Assembly (NCBI GenBank): GCA_942492635.1 | Contig: CALOFP010000003.1 | Location: 1,137,102-1,201,101, forward strand | Length of the DNA: 64,000 nt | From: an uncultured bacterium | GTDB lineage: Bacteria > UBP6 > UBA1177 > CALOFP01 | Direction of reading: 5' to 3' | Shown here: positions 29,587 through 39,793 of the stretch, piece by piece | How the letters are laid out: each line of letters starts with the position of its first letter | How positions within the stretch are numbered: position 1 is the first letter of the stretch | Translations under genes and position numbers: made by a program | The notes under the pieces: model-generated | The model's input: the letters and a program-made list of their open reading frames with translations, nothing else | Database searches by the model: none | Told to the model about the DNA's origin: nothing

Positions 29587-30747
29587 TCAACCTTTTACTA
29601 CAGCAAGGGGCTCCAGCTTTGTCTCTATTTCGACAAGGTCCGCCTGGTTTTTCATTACTGTTTCGATGTCTTTGTAGGCTCCGGCTGCTTCGTCGAGATC
29701 TTTCTGTTTCCTGATGGAGTGCAGGATGTGGCGCTTTTCAAGTTTTGCTACTTCTTCTTTCATGTCGAGACTCCGAATGGCCGCTTTTCTTCCCATTTTT
29801 CTTCCGGCGCCGTGACTGCATGATTCGAAACTCTCTTCGTTGCCGAGCCCTTTTACGATGTAGCTGGATGCACCCTGGGATCCGGGTACTATTCCGAGTT
29901 CCTCTTTCCTCGCGCTTGTCGCTCCCTTTCTGTGTACGATCACATCTTCGCCATAGTGATTTTCCATCGAGGCGTAGTTGTGGGCGATGTGAATCATCCG
30001 GTCGAAGCTGACACCGCCGCTCATTGCGACGTTGAATGCCTCCTTAACACGTTCCATCATGAGCGACCTGTTCGCCCAGGCGAACTCCCTGCAGTAGTTC
30101 ATCTCACCGAAATAGATTTGACCGGTTTCCGAATCAAGTGAAAGCGGAGAAAGCTGCCACGAGCTCGGTACACCCACATCTTTCTTCTGAAGCATCTGCT
30201 TTGCCAGCCTGTTGTAGTGTTCGGCTACTTTCAGGCCGATATTCCGACTACCGGAGTGGATCATTATCCAGATAAAACCGTCGGATCCTTTCTGAATTTC
30301 GATGAAGTGGTTCCCTCCGCCAAGTGTGCCGATCTGGGAAAGCGCATTTTCGTACTCCCTCTCGACGATGGGAAGATAGAGATCGCTGCTCGGCATGAGC
30401 GAAGAGTCCTGTTTTCTTTTGTGATGCAAAAATCCCAGAGGAATCAACTGTCGGATCAGGGAAACGATCATCCTCAGTTTTTCACCGTCGATCTCACGTA
30501 CGGAAGTTCGAACAGCGTATACACCGCAACCGATATCCACTCCGACAGCGTTGGGAACAATCATTCCCTTTGTCGCCAGAACTCCACCGATCGGCATTCC
30601 GTAACCCTGATGGGCATCGGGCATAATCGCGACGTGGTGAAAGGCAAAAGGCAGATTGGCGAGATGAATCGTCTGCTCCATCGCACCGGACTCCATCTCA
30701 TCAAGCCACATCTTTATCGGAATCGCTTCCGTTTCAATAATCTTCAT
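29587..30747 (-). CDS. rtcB: RtcB-family RNA 3'-phosphate ligase (short ~386-aa form)
   Basis: Motifs present: PDAHQGYGMPIGGV, GVDIGCG, GGGNHFIE, HSGSRNIG, AHNY and SCSHGAGR. The RBS is GAGGAGG. Confidence 0.9.
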   Translation of the reverse strand: MKIIETEAIPIKMWLDEMESGAMEQTIHLANLPFAFHHVAIMPDAHQGYGMPIGGVLATKGMIVPNAVGVDIGCGVYAVRTSVREIDGEKLRMIVSLIRQLIPLGFLHHKRKQDSSLMPSSDLYLPIVEREYENALSQIGTLGGGNHFIEIQKGSDGFIWIMIHSGSRNIGLKVAEHYNRLAKQMLQKKDVGVPSSWQLSPLSLDSETGQIYFGEMNYCREFAWANRSLMMERVKEAFNVAMSGGVSFDRMIHIAHNYASMENHYGEDVIVHRKGATSARKEELGIVPGSQGASSYIVKGLGNEESFESCSHGAGRKMGRKAAIRSLDMKEEVAKLEKRHILHSIRKQKDLDEAAGAYKDIETVMKNQADLVEIETKLEPLAVVKG

Positions 30748-30780
30748 GGGACCTCCTCGGCGTTTTACGCCTCGTCGTAG

Positions 30781-31134
30781 AACGGCGCGCTTCGCGGCCT
30801 TGTGAACGCCCGGTCAAGCCGGGCTTATGAACGGCTTGCAGGCAAGCCTTGTGAACGCTTCGCTTGTGAACGGCTCGCTTCGCGAGCCTTCAGGACGCCA
30901 CGTTCCACGTGGCAGAGGGAGAAGGGAGTCGGCATTTTCTCAAGTGCAGCCGAGCGTTCACGAGCCGAAGGCGTTCTCAAGCATAGCGCAGCGGAGCGTT
31001 CGCAAGCCGAAGGCGTTCACAAGCTTAGCGCAGCGAAGCATTCACAAGCCGAAGGCGTTCTCAAGCATAGCGCAGCGAAGCGTTCGCAAGCCGAAGGCGT
31101 TCTCAAGCATAGCGCAGCGGAGCGTTCTCTCTCC
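30781..31134. repeat. GC-rich non-coding array: five to six ~25-bp hairpin units followed by ~4.5 copies of a 42-bp tandem repeat in inverse orientation
   Basis: 30781-30905 holds units of the form GAACG-stem-TTC-stem-CTTGT with differing self-complementary stems (GCCCGG/CCGGGC, GGCTTGC/GCAAGCC, GGCTCGC/GCGAGCC, GCCACG/CGTGGC). 30944-31134 holds 42-bp units (30986, 31028, 31070, 31112) containing GCGTTCACAAG, the reverse complement of the left-arm flank CTTGTGAACGC. Confidence 0.8.
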
Positions 31135-31224
31135 ATTATCGCAAAAATGGATTCATATAGCGATATTTGTATAATAAAGATGTGCGATTCGCACTCGTGA
31201 ATATAATTTCTGGAAGGATTTGTA

Positions 31225-31710
31225 ATGTCTAAAAAAATAAAGATTAAAACCCCGGCAACGCGTTTTCTCGATTCGAAGAAGATCCCCTACGCCGTCCACA
31301 TCTACGACTATATGGAAAAGGGCGGAACCCGGGTTGCCTCGGAATCCATCGGTGTGGATGAGCATGCAATGATTAAAACTCTGGTAATGGAGGTTGATAG
31401 AAAGCCTCTCATCATTCTCATGCACGGCGATATGCAGGTTTCTACAAAATCCCTGGCACGTCAGCTCGATGTCAAGGAAGTGATTCCCTGCAGGCCCGAT
31501 ATTGCGCAGAAACATACGGGATACATGGTTGGAGGAACGAGTCCTTTCGGGACAAGGAAAGAACTAAAGGTATACATTGAAAAAACCATCACGGAGCTTG
31601 AGACTGTATACATCAACGGTGGGAAACGGGGCGTTATCCTTGAAATCAAGCGGGAAGATCTTCTGAAGTCACTTCCCATGACTACTGTTGAGGCGGCAAT
31701 CCCACACTAG
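31225..31710 (+). CDS. ybaK: Cys-tRNA(Pro)/Cys-tRNA(Cys) deacylase, YbaK family
   Basis: 161 aa, collinear with E. coli YbaK as I recall it. Motifs present: TGYMVGGTSPFG and YINGGKRGVILEI. Confidence 0.85.
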   Translation: MSKKIKIKTPATRFLDSKKIPYAVHIYDYMEKGGTRVASESIGVDEHAMIKTLVMEVDRKPLIILMHGDMQVSTKSLARQLDVKEVIPCRPDIAQKHTGYMVGGTSPFGTRKELKVYIEKTITELETVYINGGKRGVILEIKREDLLKSLPMTTVEAAIPH

Positions 31711-31783
31711 TTTTTTGTTTCCTTTCAAAAACGTTTCTGGTATAAAGAGCCTGAAATTTTTTTTCCATTTTTAGGAGGATCTT

Positions 31784-33250
31784 ATGACACAGGTAAGAAC
31801 GAGGTTCGCACCGAGCCCAACAGGATATATGCATGTGGGAAACCTTCGTACAGCGCTTTACGCCTATCTTCTGGCTAAAAAGGACGGAGGTACTTTCATT
31901 CTCAGAATCGAAGATACGGATCAGGAACGCTACGTTGAAGGTGCCGTAGACATCATCTACAACACTCTGAAAGAGACCGGACTCATTCACGATGAAGGTC
32001 CTGATGTAGGCGGCGATTACGGTCCCTACATCCAGACCGAGCGTATGGGGCTTTACAAGGAGTACGCCATTCAGCTCATCGAAAAGGGTGAAGCCTACTA
32101 CTGCTTCTGTGACAAGGAGAGACTGGACGGGATGAGAAGAGCCTGCGAGCTCCAGAAAACCGCTTTCCGTTACGACGGAAGCTGCAGAAATCTCTCAAAG
32201 GAAGAGGTGGCGAAGAAGCTTGCCGAAGGCGTTCCCTACGTTATCAGGCAGAAAATTCCGACAGAGGGAACGACAACCTTCGACGATGCCGTTTACGGAT
32301 CCATCACAGTTGACAACTCGACTCTAGACGACCAGATCCTCATAAAATCCGACGGTCTTCCCACATACAACTTCGCAAACGTTGTGGATGATCACCTGAT
32401 GGGAATCACTCACATCGTAAGAGGAAGCGAGTACCTCTCATCCACACCTAAGTACAACCTTCTCTACAAGGCTTTCGGCTGGGATATTCCGGTTTACGTT
32501 CACGTTTCACCGGTTATGCGGGACGCTCAGCGCAAGCTCTCAAAACGTGACGGAGACGCCAGCTACCAGGATTTCATCGACAAGGGATTCCTCAGCGAAG
32601 CTGTAATGAACTACATCGCGCTTCTCGGATGGAACCCGGGCGATGAAAGGGAAAAGTTCACAATGGACGAACTTATCCAGGCTTTCAATATCCGCGGAAT
32701 CAGCAAGTCACCGGCCATCTTCGATGCTGTCAAGCTTCAGTGGCTCAACGGCGAGTACATCAGGGAACTTACTTTCGAGGCATTCTTCGAGAAGGCCGAA
32801 CCTTTCATAAAGAAGGGACTCATACGTGACGATCTCGACCCGAAAAAGATCGCGGCACTTCTTCACACAAGAACAGAGAAGTTCTCCGACATTCCCGAGC
32901 AGCTCGATTTCTTCAACGAGCTTCCCGAGTATTCACCGGAACTCTACATCCATAAGAAGATGAAGACGAACTTCGAGAACTCCCTCGAGAGTCTCAAAGT
33001 TATTCTTCCCGCCATCGAAGAGCTCGAGCAGTGGGATAACGATTCACTCTATGCGAGACTTCTCAAACTTGCGGAGGAGACGGAGATCAATAAGAAGAAG
33101 ATTCTCTGGTCGATGCGTGTTGCAGTTTCCGGAAAACAGTTCACTCCGGGAGGCGGAACCGAGATCGCCGCAATCGTAGGAAAGGAAGATACCCTCAACC
33201 GAGTCAGGAAGGGAATCGAACTTTTGGAGAAAACAGTGGCGGAACAGTAA
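31784..33250 (+). CDS. gltX: Glutamate--tRNA ligase
   Basis: It has a HIGH-type motif ([20 protein letters not shown]), the KLSKRDG motif (KMSKS class), and typical class I GluRS length and layout. The RBS is AGGAGGA. Confidence 0.95.
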   Translation: MTQVRTRFAPSPTGYMHVGNLRTALYAYLLAKKDGGTFILRIEDTDQERYVEGAVDIIYNTLKETGLIHDEGPDVGGDYGPYIQTERMGLYKEYAIQLIEKGEAYYCFCDKERLDGMRRACELQKTAFRYDGSCRNLSKEEVAKKLAEGVPYVIRQKIPTEGTTTFDDAVYGSITVDNSTLDDQILIKSDGLPTYNFANVVDDHLMGITHIVRGSEYLSSTPKYNLLYKAFGWDIPVYVHVSPVMRDAQRKLSKRDGDASYQDFIDKGFLSEAVMNYIALLGWNPGDEREKFTMDELIQAFNIRGISKSPAIFDAVKLQWLNGEYIRELTFEAFFEKAEPFIKKGLIRDDLDPKKIAALLHTRTEKFSDIPEQLDFFNELPEYSPELYIHKKMKTNFENSLESLKVILPAIEELEQWDNDSLYARLLKLAEETEINKKKILWSMRVAVSGKQFTPGGGTEIAAIVGKEDTLNRVRKGIELLEKTVAEQ

Positions 33251-33272
33251 ACAGAACCCCATTCAATTCTTT

Positions 33273-33298
33273 GGGCGGCCTTCGGGTCGCCCTTTCTT
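33273..33298 (+). terminator. Rho-independent terminator of gltX
   Basis: GGGCGGCC-TTCG-GGTCGCCC forms an 8-bp stem (one G.U pair) with a UUCG tetraloop. It is followed by TTTCTT and lies 23 nt after the stop. Confidence 0.8.
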
Positions 33299-33519
33299 CA
33301 TCATGCTGTTCCTTTGAATCTTAAAAAGGTCTATAAAGATAAGACAGCCGAACACCGGTTCTGTCCAAAATTATATACCCTAAGAAATCCGGACATCTTC
33401 GATCAATCTTTTTTAAACACCGAAAAGCTGAATCTTTTTCTTTTTTCCATCTAAAATCAACCTGTTAAAAATCCCAGCAGGCTGAACCTGACTTTTTACA
33501 ACGCATAAAGACCGGAATG

Positions 33520-33535
33520 TTTAGTGCAGTCGAAA
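33520..33535 (+). promoter_or_regulatory. Conserved upstream motif TTTAGTGCAGTCGAAA, copy 1 (77 nt before ATG 33597)
   Basis: The identical 16-mer also occurs at 35677 and 39717, each time exactly 77 nt upstream of the start codon of a paralogous lipoprotein gene. Confidence 0.7.
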
Positions 33536-33596
33536 CAATAAAAGAAAACATCATAATCATACTGATTTCGTATTATTGACAGATATGAGGCAAGCC

Positions 33597-35156
33597 ATGA
33601 AGTGCTTTAATTTTTTTATCGGACTCTTTGCAATCGCAGCGATTATCTCCTGCGGATCGGGGAACGACAATTCCTCAAAGAAGGAGTTGAACGGAACAAC
33701 CGACAGCGACCAGGATTCACAGATCTCCTCAACTGACGACGATCAGGACAAGGAACCGGACGACGATTCCAAACAGGATACAGATCCGCAAAACCCTGAG
33801 AAGGATGATTCAGATAAAATTGATGAGAAAAACGACAGCGAAACTATCCCCGAGGACCTCTGTGAGGATGTCACCTGCAACGATCATGGAGAGTGCGTAT
33901 TGGAAAAAGGCCTTCCAATCTGCGACTGCGAAGAGGGTTATGAAAACGATTTCAACAATCCGACCGGTTGCGTTATCAAAAGAGACTCCTCATTGATAAT
34001 CTCCGAAATAGTACAAAATGAGATATCGGCAAAAAAGGCCGGATCCTACATTGAAATCTACAACGCTACAGATGCGGCAATCGACCTTTCCGGCTACAGA
34101 ATAGCAACCAACGGGGCATCAGAGTCGCTTGACCAGGAAGGCGTTTTGAGCAAAAAGACAATAAACCCCGGCGAAGCGGTGGCAATTTCCCGAAATATTC
34201 TGCAGCTTATGGAGCCGACCGATTACTTCGCCAACGTATTCGGATTCTCGTCCGTAGGCCACTCAATTCTGATCACTCACCTGACTGAAAACAGGGCAAT
34301 AATCCTTCTTAATCCGGATGATGAGGTCATCGATATCTACGGTAAAATCTGCGACAACGTCTGCGATTTCTCATGGGACTACCAGAATAAAATCGTAAGA
34401 AGAAAATTCGGGGTTAAATCAGGATCAAAAACATGGAACAAAGATGAGTGGGATGCAATCGATTATGAAGATGTAGTAAAAGAGGCAAACCCTGAAAAGC
34501 ACTTTGTTTCCGACCCATGCAGTTCAAAAACCTGCGATAACGAATGGAACAGCTGCAACACTCTTACCGGTGAATGCGACATTCTGAAAGAGGGAATGTG
34601 CTCAAAGTCCGAAGATTGCAAGGCAGAGACCCCTAAATGCAATACAGAAACACACACCTGCGAAGCAATCGATGTAGCCGACTCCGAAAACCTTATCAGA
34701 AACGGTAGCTTTGAAGAGTGGGAGGGCAACTATCCGGCCCACTGGAACGGCAATAAGACATACATGGGCTCCGCCGAGGCTCTTCTCTTTACTGATTCTC
34801 CCTATGACGGAAGCAACGCCATCCAGATCGTAAACGCAACCAACAACGTCAGAAGATTCACTACTGCAGAAATTCCAGCGCTTGAAGCAGGCACATACAA
34901 CCTATCCTACTATGTTAAGGGCAACGGAAAATTCACCGTCGGCTACTACAGTCAGAGCGGATCCGTTAACGGAGGAAGCAGCGATTTCACCGCGATCGAT
35001 TCCAGAGGGTGGACAAAAAAGAGCTTCACATTCACACTCGATAGCCCAACCACAAACGTTCAGTTTTCCATCTGGACCAGGGAGACAAACCTCATCGAGT
35101 ATCACGACTCAAACAAGCATCTTGTTTTCGACAAATTTTCCTGTGTGAAGATGTAA
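33597..35156 (+). CDS. Modular surface lipoprotein, family member 1 (519 aa): acidic linker, one EGF-like unit, LTD-like domain, Cys-knot, C-terminal jelly-roll-like domain
   Basis: The signal and lipobox read MKCFNFFIGLFAIAAIISCG. The EGF-like unit is CEDVTCNDHGECV...CDCEEGY...C, and the LTD-like segment is LIISEIVQNE...YIEIYNATDAAIDLSGYRI. The C-terminal domain has NGSFEEWEGNYPAHWNG and ends in FDKFSCVKM. Confidence 0.8.
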   Translation: MKCFNFFIGLFAIAAIISCGSGNDNSSKKELNGTTDSDQDSQISSTDDDQDKEPDDDSKQDTDPQNPEKDDSDKIDEKNDSETIPEDLCEDVTCNDHGECVLEKGLPICDCEEGYENDFNNPTGCVIKRDSSLIISEIVQNEISAKKAGSYIEIYNATDAAIDLSGYRIATNGASESLDQEGVLSKKTINPGEAVAISRNILQLMEPTDYFANVFGFSSVGHSILITHLTENRAIILLNPDDEVIDIYGKICDNVCDFSWDYQNKIVRRKFGVKSGSKTWNKDEWDAIDYEDVVKEANPEKHFVSDPCSSKTCDNEWNSCNTLTGECDILKEGMCSKSEDCKAETPKCNTETHTCEAIDVADSENLIRNGSFEEWEGNYPAHWNGNKTYMGSAEALLFTDSPYDGSNAIQIVNATNNVRRFTTAEIPALEAGTYNLSYYVKGNGKFTVGYYSQSGSVNGGSSDFTAIDSRGWTKKSFTFTLDSPTTNVQFSIWTRETNLIEYHDSNKHLVFDKFSCVKM

Positions 35157-35180
35157 CGATTCGCAGCTTTTCAACACATT

Positions 35181-35340
35181 CATGTAAAAAGCCCATTTCC
35201 GGTTTCAATTCAACCTCAAAAAATTAATCTGCTCCAGAAAGCCGTTATTTTTGTCATGATATTTTTAATTTCTCAACTTCAGAGGCTGGAATGATCAAGA
35301 TATTTGTTTCGTAATAAATTTAGTCGCTGATTTGTGTTGA
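35181..35340. repeat. Dispersed intergenic repeat, copy A (short variant)
   Basis: It aligns by eye with 45330-45592 and 57952-58215. Shared blocks are CCTCAAAAAATTAATCTGCTCC.GAAAGCCGTTATTT and GGCTGGAATGATCAAGATATTTGTTTCGTAATAAATT, and this copy lacks the central part. Confidence 0.65.
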
Positions 35341-35676
35341 AAAAAGTTTTTTCAGGATTCCAGAAGATCAACAGTCATCGAAGTTCTTAAAGATCCATAT
35401 ATTTGACAAACCCGGCGTGCTGCCATCACTGCAAGACCGGAAATAGTGCTTGAATTTCCAGGCACCGAAAGCTCATCTTACCTCTCTTTCGCTACCACGA
35501 ACCCCCACAAAAAACTCTCGAATTTTAAGGACCTAAATTTTATGGACTTTTCCTCAGCAAACAATAGCAGGTACAACCGTGCCCAGACTAAAAACTTTTT
35601 ACCCTGTTATTTCATTATCTTGAACGTGTATTATTTTTATCCGCACCAACATTACAACCCATTTTTGTTCAAAAAA

Positions 35677-35692
35677 TTTAGTGCAGTCGAAA
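35677..35692 (+). promoter_or_regulatory. Conserved upstream motif TTTAGTGCAGTCGAAA, copy 2 (77 nt before ATG 35754)
   Basis: This is an exact 16-mer repeat. The downstream leader also shares GTGTGT.AA.CCATTAAC.AT.G.GGAGCAAAC with copy 3. Confidence 0.7.
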
Positions 35693-35753
35693 TACCTTTA
35701 CACCAAAGATAAGATCCGTGTGTGTTAAACCATTAACCATTGCGGAGCAAACC

Positions 35754-38700
35754 ATGAAGTGTTTTAGGTACTTAATTGCAGTCTTTGCAATTTTCTCCAT
35801 CCTGTCCTGCGGAGATTCGAACTCCGGGAGCAAAAAGACCGATTCGGATGAATTTGCCGACACGGACAACACAGAAGAGACAGAGAAGAAAGACGATTCC
35901 AAAAAGGTTGAAAATGACGATGAGGCAAAGCCGTCCGATAAAGAGGAAAAACCCGACGACAGCTCGAAAAACGACGATGATCATTCCGGAAACTCCGATC
36001 TCGACAACGACGGGGGAAGCAATCCCCTCTCGGACTCTGATCAGAATAACTCAGAGCAGGATTCTGATGAAACTCAGGATGAGGAGAGCGATGCCGATTC
36101 TTCCAACCCCTGCATCAATCAAAAATGCGGGGGGAACGGAGAATGCTCCGTCGACAGTTCAGGCAGTGCCGTTTGTTCATGCAACGACGATTTTATAAAC
36201 GATAAAACCGACGCGATGAACTGCATAGCCGACCCGTGCAAGGATATGACCTGCGGAAACAACGGAACATGTTCCGTCAGTTCTTCTAACAATGCGGTAT
36301 GCACCTGTAACGACGGTTTCATGAAAGATACAAACAATCACCTGAACTGCGTCGCAGACCCCTGCGACAATATCGACTGCGGTGGACACGGGACATGCGA
36401 GGTAATTACAAACACAAAGGGGTGGTGCACCTGCAACAACGGTTACCTGACAGACTCAAACAACACCTTGAACTGTATTGAAGGATACGATTTCCCCAAC
36501 GGTGATTTTGAGAACTGGGATAAAACGACAAGCGGTGTCGCGAAACCGACCGACTGGAGAATCGGAAGTTCCACAAAATCCTACAAAATAACAGATGCAA
36601 ACGCCGACAACTACCTTCGCCTGAACTACCCTTTCAACGCATCTTACACAGAGGATATGTTGACCAGCGCGGCTATCGACTGTGGAAACAGCATACCTGC
36701 AAGAATCACTTTCAGAATGAAGGCGGAGGGAAAGATTGCCGTAAAACTAAATATCGCAAACAGGGATCTTTTCTATAAACTCTCACCTGAAACAAATCTC
36801 TTTTCGTACCTGGGAGAGACGGAAGACGATTCAAACTACATAAAAACCGTGGATTCCTCACAGAGCTGGGCAACTTTCACAGTTAAACTTGGAAGTGAGC
36901 TTGACGGTTTGTGGACAGAGGGGAACAGCATGGAAATCACCCTCGCAAGCGGAAAATCCCAGGAATTCATCGGTGAAATCGACAGTTTCAACATAGAGAT
37001 GGAGAAGCCGGAATGCTACGACAACAGCGAATGTACAGATACTGAAAAACCGATGTGTGATCTTGATAAGGCATCCTCGACCTTCATGACCTGCATTCCG
37101 GAACAGACATGCTCAGGTGTATCCATAAAAGACATAAGAAAAGGAACAGGAATTAAAACAGGAGATGAAGTTACAGTATGTGTTGCCCATGTAACCAGCG
37201 ACTACATTAAAAACTTCAGCGGAAAAAATATCGGTGTCTACATTGCGGATCCGGACGGTGCCGAATACAGCGGCATAAAAATCTATGAGCCGACAGGCCT
37301 CGAAGGATTCGGTCGCGGCGATTTTATTAAAATTACCGGTACTTACGAAGAAAACCTCAACAATTCCCAGTTATCCGGAGTAAAAATCGTAAAACTGCCG
37401 CTTGAAAAAGTCGATCCGAAAGCAACACCGGCACTATCTACCGAAGTTACCGATGAAAAGTACGAAGGAATGCTCGTAAAAGTTGAGAATTTAGCGGTTA
37501 CAGCCGTAAGCCGCTACACTCCGGACAAGGAAGGAAAGATCACTGTAACCGACAACCTTACAATCTCCACATACTTCCATATTTTCGAAAGACCGCAGAT
37601 CGGTACCGCCTACAAGTCGATTACCGGCATCCTGAATAACTACCAAAGCGGCAGTTTCGAGATCAGGCCGAGAGACGCCGCTGACATGGTACCGGAATCC
37701 GGCAACAACGATCCATGCACCGATATAGATTGTTCCGGGCACGGAAAATGCAGCGTTGTATCAAACACAGCTACGTGTCAGTGCGCGGACGGTTACGTAA
37801 ACAGTACCGATAATCCTCTGAACTGCGTTTTGGCAGGAACAAACCCATGCGAGAACGTAACATGCGGAGATCATGGAACATGTTCGGTTACAAACAGTGA
37901 TCCCGTCTGCGAATGCGACAACGGATTCGTAATTGACGAAAACGATCCCCTCAACTGCATGGAAAAGGCTCCCGAACCGATAAAATCGCTGATAATATCC
38001 GAAGTTGTCCAGCACCGTGAAAGTGTGACAAGCATCGGAACATACATTGAAATATTCAATCCGACAGGGAAAACAGTTGACCTCACAGGATACACAATTG
38101 AAACCGACGGCACCGTTGACAACTTGGACGACAGCTCCATTCTCCCCTATTCCACTCTCGCACCGGACAAAGCCGTAGCCATATCCAAAAGGCCTTTCCA
38201 GGACGGAACACTGGATTACTTTAAGAACGTATTCGGATATGCCTCTGAAGGTCACGGAGACATTATCCCACACCTTGTGAACAACAGAGCCGTTATCCTG
38301 AAAAACTCCAAAGGCGACATCGTGGACATCTTCGGAGAAACTGGAACCGACGGCACAGGAAAAGCCTGGGACTACCAGGGAAAAGCGGCAAGAAGAAAAT
38401 ACGGAGTCGTTCTTGGAAAAAGCGTATGGGATCCTGCAGAATGGGAGATAATTGCATACTCGGATGTAACAAAAGAAACCAATCCCGGGAAACATTTCAT
38501 AGAAGACCCCTGCATTTCATATAGTTGCGGTAATGACTGGAGCACATGCAATCCACTTTCCGGCAACTGCGATATCGTTAAGGATGGAATGTGCGCGACA
38601 TCTGCAGACTGCTCCGGAGAAACTCCAAAATGCAATCCTGAAACCCACGTCTGCGAAGCCTATTCAGGCCTGGAGGAAGAAAACGTTATTACAAACGGGA

Positions 38701-39188
38701 GCTTCGAGAACTGGACCTACGGCAAGCCCGGAGACTATCCTGACAGCTGGGGCGGCAGTAATACTTCGCTGAACCCCACATCATCCTTTGCCACAATGGC
38801 AGTTCCATTCACCGTGTCTCCCATGGACGGAGAGAAGGCCATTCAGATAAACAACAGCAGTAGAACCCCCAAAACCCTGACAACCGCAGAGATAGACTCC
38901 CTTGAGGCCGGTACATACAAATTCACCTGTTATGTAAAGGGTAACGGTAACATAAAAACAGGTCTTTTCTACAAAGAGAACTCATCATCCGATCAATACA
39001 TCTCGAAAAATGGTGAATACACGAAACTGAATACAGCTGAATGGACTGAAAAAAGCTACACATTCACTCTTGAAAAAGATGTAACCAATGTCCAGTTCTC
39101 AATATGGGCATATGACACAAACTTTGTCGGCACCGCCATTGTCGATTACCACCTGATCATAGACATGGTTTCATGTGTTAAACAGTAA
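35754..39188 (+). CDS. Modular surface lipoprotein, family member 2 (1144 aa): 3+2 EGF-like units, jelly-roll-like domain, OB-like segment, LTD-like domain, Cys-knot, C-terminal jelly-roll-like domain
   Basis: The signal and lipobox read MKCFRYLIAVFAIFSILSCG, after GGAG 6 nt upstream. The OB-like segment is GDEVTVCVAHVTSD...GVYIADPDG..YSGIKIY...GDFIKITGTYEENLNNSQL. The LTD-like segment is LIISEVVQHRE...YIEIFNPTGKTVDLTGYTI. The protein ends in VSCVKQ. Confidence 0.8.
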   Translation: MKCFRYLIAVFAIFSILSCGDSNSGSKKTDSDEFADTDNTEETEKKDDSKKVENDDEAKPSDKEEKPDDSSKNDDDHSGNSDLDNDGGSNPLSDSDQNNSEQDSDETQDEESDADSSNPCINQKCGGNGECSVDSSGSAVCSCNDDFINDKTDAMNCIADPCKDMTCGNNGTCSVSSSNNAVCTCNDGFMKDTNNHLNCVADPCDNIDCGGHGTCEVITNTKGWCTCNNGYLTDSNNTLNCIEGYDFPNGDFENWDKTTSGVAKPTDWRIGSSTKSYKITDANADNYLRLNYPFNASYTEDMLTSAAIDCGNSIPARITFRMKAEGKIAVKLNIANRDLFYKLSPETNLFSYLGETEDDSNYIKTVDSSQSWATFTVKLGSELDGLWTEGNSMEITLASGKSQEFIGEIDSFNIEMEKPECYDNSECTDTEKPMCDLDKASSTFMTCIPEQTCSGVSIKDIRKGTGIKTGDEVTVCVAHVTSDYIKNFSGKNIGVYIADPDGAEYSGIKIYEPTGLEGFGRGDFIKITGTYEENLNNSQLSGVKIVKLPLEKVDPKATPALSTEVTDEKYEGMLVKVENLAVTAVSRYTPDKEGKITVTDNLTISTYFHIFERPQIGTAYKSITGILNNYQSGSFEIRPRDAADMVPESGNNDPCTDIDCSGHGKCSVVSNTATCQCADGYVNSTDNPLNCVLAGTNPCENVTCGDHGTCSVTNSDPVCECDNGFVIDENDPLNCMEKAPEPIKSLIISEVVQHRESVTSIGTYIEIFNPTGKTVDLTGYTIETDGTVDNLDDSSILPYSTLAPDKAVAISKRPFQDGTLDYFKNVFGYASEGHGDIIPHLVNNRAVILKNSKGDIVDIFGETGTDGTGKAWDYQGKAARRKYGVVLGKSVWDPAEWEIIAYSDVTKETNPGKHFIEDPCISYSCGNDWSTCNPLSGNCDIVKDGMCATSADCSGETPKCNPETHVCEAYSGLEEENVITNGSFENWTYGKPGDYPDSWGGSNTSLNPTSSFATMAVPFTVSPMDGEKAIQINNSSRTPKTLTTAEIDSLEAGTYKFTCYVKGNGNIKTGLFYKENSSSDQYISKNGEYTKLNTAEWTEKSYTFTLEKDVTNVQFSIWAYDTNFVGTAIVDYHLIIDMVSCVKQ

Positions 39189-39716
39189 ACGCTCCTATTC
39201 TGCGAACAGCAACTGATCACGTCCAAAACTCGGCTCTCCTTTCCAAAATCATTGTTTACAAAACCAGAGCAATCACCCATCAAACAACAATTATAAATAA
39301 TAAAACAAACAAAGACGGACAGTCATTCCGATCCAAATTTGCAAGTCTTGGTGATAATCGGGAAACTTTCTCAAAGTACAAAAGACAAGCCTGATACTAC
39401 TATGAATTCAAAATGGTTTTTCCATCACCATCGGTTCAAGATCAAAAATCGAATCAACTAATCGTTTTAAATAACCGGTGTCCGAAAAACAAAAAGAGAC
39501 CCATTTAATTCACTCGCTACAATGCCCATTTCTCCTTGAAAACACTCATCATTTGCTTAACTGCCATTACCCCAACAAATCAGGACCATTTTCGAAGCAA
39601 CTCACCGCAGGTACGAGCACACATAGACCTTAAAGATATAACCAAATAATTTCGTCTGGTTACCAAATGTCCTAATTAATTCGCACCCGACAACCACAAC
39701 TAAACAGTTCACATTA

Positions 39717-39732
39717 TTTAGTGCAGTCGAAA
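39717..39732 (+). promoter_or_regulatory. Conserved upstream motif TTTAGTGCAGTCGAAA, copy 3 (77 nt before ATG 39794)
   Basis: This is an exact 16-mer repeat with identical spacing to the start codon. Confidence 0.7.
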
Positions 39733-39793
39733 TACTTTTAACTCATCATTAACATTTCTGTGTGTAACACCATTAACTATCGTGGAGCAAACG

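Noticed and set aside
30944-31134. Possible CRISPR array (also considered for 40118-43015 and 59111-59380)
   Set aside because: The units are directly abutting tandem repeats with no unique spacers. The latter two are in-frame coding repeats, and no cas genes are in the window.
30802-31200. 132-aa and 115-aa overlapping + strand ORFs with AEGVLKHSAAERSQ-type repeats
   Set aside because: They are open only because of the 42-bp tandem repeat, and two frames are open simultaneously. There is no RBS, and the region is better explained as a non-coding hairpin/repeat array.
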